Virus record (IMG/VR): IMGVR_UViG_3300025887_000009 | Reading direction: 5' to 3' (one strand) | Source of the DNA: a virus | Taxonomy: Duplodnaviria; Heunggongvirae; Uroviricota; Caudoviricetes | Length of the DNA: 64,000 nt | Shown here: piece after piece, positions 58,150 to 64,000 of the stretch | How the letters are laid out: each line of letters opens with the position of its first letter | Numbering within the stretch: the stretch's first letter is position 1 | Translations under genes and position numbers: made by a program | The notes under the pieces: model-generated | Database searches by the model: none | Told to the model about the DNA's origin: nothing | What the model saw: the letters and a program-made list of their open reading frames with translations, nothing else

Positions 58150-58209
58150 AACATAATTGCTTGTATACCTTAATAGTCTTAAATGCCTAATCACGAATAG
58201 TGCATCTGA

Positions 58210-58217
58210 CATAAATA
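58210..58217 (+). promoter_or_regulatory. T4-type late promoter (CATAAATA)
   Basis: 26 nt upstream of ATG 58244. Confidence 0.6.
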
Positions 58218-58243
58218 CTTTTGATGATTAAGGATTTGAACGA

Positions 58244-58975
58244 ATGAAAGTTAATGAACTGAATGAGATTGGCATGCCTGCATTTACTGCTAGACAAAAA
58301 GCAATGAAAAAAGGCAAGCAAGAAGTAGCTGACAAAGTTAAACTTATGACTAAGCACATCTATATGATGATGGGTAAAACTAATACTAAAGAATTGACTT
58401 ATGGAAAGCTTGGTGCTTTCCTAAAGAACACACCTCATTACGCTAAGTTCCTTAAAGATCCTGATGTAGCTGGTGTTGTTGCAAATGAGTTTAGTGGTAA
58501 TGCTGCTTCGTCTGGTGATGGTGATGCTACAGATCCTGCTTTTAAATCGTCAAGAGGTGCAGGCAAATTTAAATCAAGTCGCGGTGCTCCGAAATTTAAG
58601 TCATCAAGAAATCAACCAGAACAACCTCAATTTAAATCTCGTAGAAATAATATTGTAGATAAAAACTTTGACAAGAGTCAAAAACTTTCAGCTTATGGAA
58701 AAGTTGGCAATGAATCAATTGTGCACGAAGCAGTAGATCCTAATACTCCTGTTGACAAGAAGCAGTTACAAAAAATAGCAACTATGCTAGTTCAAAAGTC
58801 TTTTGAAGATCCAGATGGGCCTAATGGTTTGGCTGGAGGTACTAAAAAATCCGGTTCGAAAAAGATTCCTAAGTCTGTTTCAAAAGAACCAATGGATGAT
58901 CCTAACGTGCAAAAGGCAGTTAAGATTTTAAGAAAAGCAGGCATAACTGGCGTAAGAATACTTCCAGGAGATTAA
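58244..58975 (+). CDS. hypothetical basic protein with FKSSR repeats; possible internal head protein
   Basis: Late-type promoter CATAAATA 58210-58217; MKVNELNE N-terminus; four FKS(S/R)R repeats. Confidence 0.7.
   Translation: MKVNELNEIGMPAFTARQKAMKKGKQEVADKVKLMTKHIYMMMGKTNTKELTYGKLGAFLKNTPHYAKFLKDPDVAGVVANEFSGNAASSGDGDATDPAFKSSRGAGKFKSSRGAPKFKSSRNQPEQPQFKSRRNNIVDKNFDKSQKLSAYGKVGNESIVHEAVDPNTPVDKKQLQKIATMLVQKSFEDPDGPNGLAGGTKKSGSKKIPKSVSKEPMDDPNVQKAVKILRKAGITGVRILPGD
58541..58645 (+). repeat. coding tandem repeat FKS(S/R)R x4
   Basis: FKSSRGAGK FKSSRGAPK FKSSRNQPEQPQ FKSRR; codons differ between copies. Confidence 0.9.
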
Positions 58976-59202
58976 AAGAAACTGAGTCCTGACTTCTTTG
59001 TAGTCTCGAGATTTTCTTCAACAATTTTTCCTATGATTTCTCGGTCTTCTGGACCCATAGCAAACGCTTCGTCGACAGATACTGCACCGCGCATAAACCA
59101 AGACAGCTTGTAGAGGTCATGTTTAAGCTGCTTGGTCTGTTTGTCTAAATTATCAACTTCTTGCAAAATCTGTTCAACAGACCAAGTTAGGATTTTGCTC
59201 CG
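58972..59202 (-). CDS. tail-assembly-chaperone extension (gp51/gpGT-like), probably reached by a -1 frameshift from the upstream gene
   Basis: The -1 frame is open from the slippery site at 59202 (RSKILTWSVEQILQEVD...SWFMRG...KKSGLSFF*); only a TTG start with no obvious RBS otherwise. Confidence 0.7.
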   Translation of the reverse strand, partial: RSKILTWSVEQILQEVDNLDKQTKQLKHDLYKLSWFMRGAVSVDEAFAMGPEDREIIGKIVEENLETTKKSGLSFF

Positions 59203-60062
59203 AAAAAATTTGATGCATCAAAGCTGATTGGCACCTCATATTCATCTGGAGCACCTGCTTCTCGCTCTTCTTCGGTTGTTATAACCTTCATTGGTTTAAT
59301 GGTGTGAAGATCTCGTTGATGTTCGAGATGATCTATAATAGCGCCGTACAAATCTTTGTCAGCGTTTGCTACAAATTCTTGTAAAAAGTTTTGATCACTA
59401 ACGGTTTGTCCGTCTACTTCGATGCTAGCAATACCTTGTGTAACTGTGACTACAGTAATGTCAGTTAGCTTTTTAAATGAAGTAGCAAAACGCTGTAGTT
59501 TTTCGCTTTCGTCCATTTTCTCATCGTTTACTAACGAAAGTATGCGTTGCTCTTCAAAAGTCTTAAGTGCAGTCTTTGTAAATTCTCTATACGAAAGCGG
59601 ACGAATATTAATCTTCATTCCTTGATAGTTTATGCTATCTACATATGTGTGACTGCTAACTTGCTCGAGTAAAATTCTTAGATCTAAACTAAATGTCTTT
59701 TCGATATCTGTTCCCGGAACTTTAACTTCAAGTTCTAAATTCTCGCCATATGTTGCAATTCTCAACGCAATCATTAATGCATCCATGTCGATGCTAGGCA
59801 TTGCCCATGCATCTTTGATATTTGGAAAACAGCTTTGTATAACATCTACTGTTGCTTGCCCGTTAAGCAATGCATCAGGAGTTTTAAAAGTTAATTCGTC
59901 TCTTGCTGTCATAGAATATACAGGATATTCACCACTTTCGGTTGTTTCTAATGCACCTTCTGGATAGAAGCGTCCGTTGCTCGGCAAGCTAACATATAGC
60001 TTCGGCTGTCTAAAATATTTGTGCAGCGGATTCTGATTAACTGTTGCATCTTGTTTTTCCAT
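59187..60062 (-). CDS. baseplate hub assembly chaperone, T4 gp26-like
   Basis: NPLHKYFRQPKLYVSLPS.G.FY...VYSMTARDELTFKTPDALLNG...IDMDALMIALRIATYG; start at ATG 60060-60062. Confidence 0.75.
   Translation of the reverse strand: MEKQDATVNQNPLHKYFRQPKLYVSLPSNGRFYPEGALETTESGEYPVYSMTARDELTFKTPDALLNGQATVDVIQSCFPNIKDAWAMPSIDMDALMIALRIATYGENLELEVKVPGTDIEKTFSLDLRILLEQVSSHTYVDSINYQGMKINIRPLSYREFTKTALKTFEEQRILSLVNDEKMDESEKLQRFATSFKKLTDITVVTVTQGIASIEVDGQTVSDQNFLQEFVANADKDLYGAIIDHLEHQRDLHTIKPMKVITTEEEREAGAPDEYEVPISFDASNFFGAKS
59202..59208 (-). other. -1 ribosomal frameshift slippery heptamer U UUU UUC
   Basis: AAT TTT TTC GGA in canonical X XXY YYZ phase, 4 codons before the stop; 8-bp inverted repeat 59191-59198/59163-59170 just downstream. 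Confidence 0.7.
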
Positions 60063-60073
60063 AGTTTCCCTTC

Positions 60074-60081
60074 GATAAATA
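60074..60081 (+). promoter_or_regulatory. T4-type late promoter (GATAAATA) for the tape measure/portal genes
   Basis: In the 72-nt divergent intergenic region. Confidence 0.55.
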
Positions 60082-60101
60082 CTTCTAGTATATACCATCT
60101 G

Positions 60102-60109
60102 TATTTATA
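60102..60109 (-). promoter_or_regulatory. canonical T4 late promoter TATAAATA for the gp26-like gene
   Basis: Exact TATAAATA on the minus strand, immediately preceded by TTAACTACGCA. Confidence 0.7.
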
Positions 60110-60134
60110 TGCGTAGTTAAATGGAGAATAGATC

Positions 60135-62639
60135 TTGGCAGAAGAAGTAGAAATTGTAGGCGTAGACGGCGGTCCTGCTGCTGAAGCCACTCTGCGAAAG
60201 CTTCTTGTAGAAATGCAAAAGAAGAATGGAACTGATGTCAACAGTGCAAAAGTTCAAGAGCAATACAACAAGGCTAAAAAAGAAGGAACAAAAGTTCTTG
60301 ATGAATTTGGTAATGAAGTAGAAGAAGCAACTTCTGCTGTTGCAAAATTTGGAAGAGCAACCGGCGGATTAATCTCAACTATTTACAACGGGCTTATTGG
60401 AACAATTAACTTTACTATAGATGTTTTTGGTAATTTAGTTACGGCGTTTGCTGACGGTGAAGGCAAGCTTGCTGATTTTGCTGCGCTGATTCCTTTTGCT
60501 GGTGGAATTTTAAGCAGTGTTATAAGCATATTTGAAAACACATTAACAACATTCCAGTCTCTTGCTACGACAGGTGCCGGTTTTAATAACACGTTAACAA
60601 CTTTAAGAATTTCGGCAGCTCAAGCTAGAGTTTCATTAGATTCGTTTGCAGAATTAGTTGCAACAAACACCGATAGATTAGTAGCATACGGCGGCACTGT
60701 TACAAAAGGTGCATTGATGATTGGAAAATTAAACAATGCCTTAGGTAATGATTTTAGAGATCAGCTTATGGGAATGGGATTAACATTTGAAGAAATTAAC
60801 GAAACCTTAGTTGATTATATGTACTTAAACAGAGCTGGTGCTAGAGCTAACAAAAGACAAACAGCAGAATTAGCAGAATCAGCAGCCGGATATGCCAAAA
60901 ATCTAATGCTTCTTGCTAAATTGTCAGGCGAAGACATTAAATCTCAAAGAGATAAGCTCGCAAACGCAAGCATGGATATTGCATTCCAGAGAAAAATGGC
61001 AACGTTAAATATTCGAGAACAAGACAAGATGCACCTCTTGTTAGCTGACACGTTAGCGTCCGGTGGACAAATTGCTGTAGATGCACTTAAAACTGAATTT
61101 CTTGGCATGCCTCCGTTAACTCAAGCGTTGCAGATATTCTTTGCAACACAAAGTGAAAATGCTATGCTAATAAGAGACAACTTAAAGACAGCACTAAACA
61201 CTTCGGTCGGATTAGATAAATGGAATAGCACACAGACTACTCGTTTAGCAGACTATGTAGAAGCAAGAGCAAAAGCAGGCGATAATTTTGATACTATTTT
61301 AAGAGCAGCAGCAAGCGGCATGGATGGTGTGTCGGCTCAAATACTTGAAAATATGAGTCAAGGTGGAATGAGTTACGAGAAATATCTAGACGAATCTGGA
61401 AGATTCTTAAGAGATAAGTTTGAAAACGACTACAATGCCGCAGTAGAAGAACAAAAGAAAAGAGACAAAGTAGTTACTGGATTAAATGATTTTTATCAAG
61501 TTATTAGAGGCATTAAAGAGACTATTGAAGAAAAAATTATACTACCTTTAAGTAAAATTATCGGACCGTCCTTGGTGCGATTTGGCGAACTATTAGGATC
61601 AGAAAAAGTTGTTGGAGGAATTAAAGAATTTAGCAAAGTTATTACTGACTTTGTTAATATGATATCCGACGACATTAACACCTTAGGATTAAAAGATGCA
61701 ATCACACATTGGTTAGGAGAAATTAAAAATATTCTTATCGATGGCATGAAAGGTATGCTCTTCGGAACCGTTGGGCAGCAACGAGAAAATACTATTAATT
61801 ATGGTCCAGACGACGGAAGCCGCCCTATGCCTCCGGAACTAGTAGCTGCTAGTTCGGGTATTTTAGGAGACTTTCTTCCTAACATAGACAATGCTAAAGA
61901 TTGGGCAAAATTTCTCGGTACATCTTCAGTTGGATTTATCGCATCTCTAGGCGCTTTAGGTGTTGTACTAGCAGGCTTTGGTCTTGCGGGCGGTCCTATT
62001 GCTATCGGTGTTGGTCTACTTACAGCATTCTTAACAGGATCTGCGTGGTCGTTTGATAAAGCCGCAACCGGCTTTAGCAAAGTTGCAGATTCGATTGTAA
62101 AAATTAGTACCGGTTTAACAAACATATCCAATCTTGACTCAAAAAAAATTAATGAAGCTTCTGAATCATTAGGTCCTTTAAGTCTCGGACTTACTAAACT
62201 TGCAGGTAGCGGAATTTTAAATCTGCTGTCAGGCGAATCAAATCTTGAAAACTTAGCAACTTCGTTATCTAATTTAGGAAACGTAGATTCGAAAAATCTA
62301 TCACTATTAACAGATCAAATGAAAGATTTGCAACAATTAGAATTTAACTTAGATGCATCACCTATTGACACATTTAGAGAAGCAATAGATGAACTTAGGC
62401 AGTCGCTTGATAACTTAAATGACGAATTAGCGCAAGATAACAATGGATTCTTTGGTAACAAACGGGCAGACGCAGGCCAATTACTCGAAGGACTTACTGC
62501 AGGGTCCAGCTCAGGCTCTAATGACGAAGTAAAACGCTTAAATACAACAATGATGCGAGTTGTTGGTTTGCTTGAAAAGAATCAAACACAAAACACACAA
62601 ATAATAGACGGACTTAAAAAGGTTCGAGGAGAAATATAA
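60135..62639 (+). CDS. tape-measure-like protein
   Basis: 834 aa, Ala/Gly/Leu-rich alpha-helical with hydrophobic stretches; TTG start with GGAG 60123-60126; divergent from the chaperone gene. Confidence 0.7.
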   Translation: MAEEVEIVGVDGGPAAEATLRKLLVEMQKKNGTDVNSAKVQEQYNKAKKEGTKVLDEFGNEVEEATSAVAKFGRATGGLISTIYNGLIGTINFTIDVFGNLVTAFADGEGKLADFAALIPFAGGILSSVISIFENTLTTFQSLATTGAGFNNTLTTLRISAAQARVSLDSFAELVATNTDRLVAYGGTVTKGALMIGKLNNALGNDFRDQLMGMGLTFEEINETLVDYMYLNRAGARANKRQTAELAESAAGYAKNLMLLAKLSGEDIKSQRDKLANASMDIAFQRKMATLNIREQDKMHLLLADTLASGGQIAVDALKTEFLGMPPLTQALQIFFATQSENAMLIRDNLKTALNTSVGLDKWNSTQTTRLADYVEARAKAGDNFDTILRAAASGMDGVSAQILENMSQGGMSYEKYLDESGRFLRDKFENDYNAAVEEQKKRDKVVTGLNDFYQVIRGIKETIEEKIILPLSKIIGPSLVRFGELLGSEKVVGGIKEFSKVITDFVNMISDDINTLGLKDAITHWLGEIKNILIDGMKGMLFGTVGQQRENTINYGPDDGSRPMPPELVAASSGILGDFLPNIDNAKDWAKFLGTSSVGFIASLGALGVVLAGFGLAGGPIAIGVGLLTAFLTGSAWSFDKAATGFSKVADSIVKISTGLTNISNLDSKKINEASESLGPLSLGLTKLAGSGILNLLSGESNLENLATSLSNLGNVDSKNLSLLTDQMKDLQQLEFNLDASPIDTFREAIDELRQSLDNLNDELAQDNNGFFGNKRADAGQLLEGLTAGSSSGSNDEVKRLNTTMMRVVGLLEKNQTQNTQIIDGLKKVRGEI

Positions 62640-62642
62640 TAT

Positions 62643-64000
62643 ATGTCATGGCGTAAACATTTTACCCCCGTTAACACAGACGGAACACAAGGTAGCAACT
62701 ATGGTCCGATTAGTGGAAGCGGACGCGGTCGCCTTGGTGCCGGACCGGCAAGAACTAATTATTCCTCTTACCTGCCAGACATTTATGTCGGTGCTCCAAA
62801 CCGCGTTGACAGATACGGTCAATATAATTCAATGGATATGGATTCAGAAGTAAATGCTGCACTTGATATCCTTGCAGAGTTCTGTACACAAAAGAACGAA
62901 GCGAATAATACTCCATTTATGCTTGATTTTTACAAAAAAGCAACTCAGTCAGAAACAACAGTAATCAACCAATACCTTAAGCAATGGTGCAAGCTTCAAA
63001 AGTTCGAAACACGTATGTTCCGTATTGTAAGGAATGTGTTTAAGAACGGTGACGCCTTTTTCCTTCGTGATCCACAAACAAAAAAGTGGTTTCACATTGA
63101 TCCGGGCAACGTAGTACGCATTATTGTCAACGAAAGCGAAGGCAAAGAAGCAGAACAATATGTTATCAAGGACGTTAACCTTAATTTTAAACATATGGTA
63201 GCTACAAACCCAATTCAAACAACAGGCGGCGTAACAGGTGGCGGCTCAGCCGGCGGTTTCCAACAACCGAACAATCGTCAAATGACCGGATCGCCAGGTG
63301 CAGGCAGCACTGGTTCGCGTTTCCAAGTAGAAGACGGTGAAATTTCAATTGATGCAAAGCATATTGTGCACCTGTCACTAAGTGAAGGCCTAGATAAGAA
63401 TTTTCCTTTTGGAAATTCATTGCTAGAGACTGTATTTAAAGTATACAAGCAGAAAGAATTGCTAGAAGATGCGATCATCATTTATCGTGTACAACGTGCG
63501 CCTGAACGTAGAGTCTTTTACGTTGATGTAGGTAACATGCCAACCCACATGGCTATGAGCTTCGTTGAGCGCGTAAAAAACGAAATACACCAACGACGTA
63601 TACCCAGTCAGACTGGCGGCGGCCAGAGTGTTATTGACAGTTCTTATAATCCGTTGTCAATTAATGAAGATTACTTTTTCCCGCAAACTGCTGAAGGACG
63701 CGGATCAAAGGTTGAAACGCTTCCAGGCGGTACAAACCTTGGTGAGATTGACGACTTGCGTTACTTTACTAATAAAATGGTCCGTGGTTTGCGCATTCCT
63801 TCGTCGTACTTGCCAACAGGTGCAGACGACTCGGCAGCACAATACAACGATGGTCGTGTTGGTACAGCATATATTCAAGAATTACGCTTTAACACTTATT
63901 GTGAGAGACTACAAAGTTTGCTCACAGAAGCAATCGACACAGAATTTAAGCGTTACTTGTTAGAAAAAGGGTTAAACGTTGATACATCAATGTTCGGACT
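62643..64000 (+). CDS. gp20: portal protein, T4 gp20-like (partial, runs off the window)
   Basis: Not in the ORF track; ATG 62643 reads MSWRKHFTPV...LLEDAIIIYRVQRAPERRVFYVDVGNMP...EDYFFPQTAEGRGSKVETLPGG...LRIPSSYL. Confidence 0.95.
   Translation, partial: MSWRKHFTPVNTDGTQGSNYGPISGSGRGRLGAGPARTNYSSYLPDIYVGAPNRVDRYGQYNSMDMDSEVNAALDILAEFCTQKNEANNTPFMLDFYKKATQSETTVINQYLKQWCKLQKFETRMFRIVRNVFKNGDAFFLRDPQTKKWFHIDPGNVVRIIVNESEGKEAEQYVIKDVNLNFKHMVATNPIQTTGGVTGGGSAGGFQQPNNRQMTGSPGAGSTGSRFQVEDGEISIDAKHIVHLSLSEGLDKNFPFGNSLLETVFKVYKQKELLEDAIIIYRVQRAPERRVFYVDVGNMPTHMAMSFVERVKNEIHQRRIPSQTGGGQSVIDSSYNPLSINEDYFFPQTAEGRGSKVETLPGGTNLGEIDDLRYFTNKMVRGLRIPSSYLPTGADDSAAQYNDGRVGTAYIQELRFNTYCERLQSLLTEAIDTEFKRYLLEKGLNVDTSMFG

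Noticed and set aside
158-63963. Many 60-211-aa ORFs in the track lying antisense or out of frame within long genes (e.g. 13614..14249+, 23769..24194+, 43161..43580+, 7649..7831-, 63628..63963+)
   Set aside because: Shadow ORFs fully overlapping well-supported genes, with no recognisable motifs or RBS
1-64000. CRISPR array, tRNA genes, IS elements or integrase
   Set aside because: No regularly spaced repeats, cloverleaf sequences ending in CCA, transposase or recombinase motifs were seen by eye

Overview
AT-rich, gene-dense segment of a large T4-like (myovirus) bacteriophage genome; no host chromosomal genes, tRNAs or CRISPR arrays were seen. (1) 115-18304, minus strand: a tightly coupled accessory operon of about 20 modification enzymes (five radical-SAM proteins, about five glycosyltransferase-like proteins, two methyltransferases, two SGNH-like proteins, an NAD-dependent epimerase, a 2OG-Fe(II) hydroxylase). 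It sits directly downstream of the tail-fibre genes. (2) 18367-52833, minus strand: tail/baseplate module with three paralogous fibre-like proteins, a 4991-aa virion protein, gp6-, gp25-, gp5-, hub-, gp53- and gp48/54-like proteins, a dual peptidoglycan hydrolase and an apparently inactive NlpC/P60-like protein. (3) 52909-57569, plus strand: sigma70-driven gp55 (late sigma), gp47, gp46, small genes and a GIY-YIG nuclease, then a roughly 670-nt ORF-free gap containing a strong candidate large structured ncRNA. (4) 58244-64000: a probable internal head protein, a gp26-like chaperone with a likely programmed -1 frameshift, a tape-measure-like protein and the 5' part of the gp20 portal (missed by the ORF track). 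The best leads are the ncRNA next to the GIY-YIG gene, the fibre-linked radical-SAM/glycosyltransferase cluster and the -1 frameshift. All family calls come from motif recognition by eye; no database searches were run.
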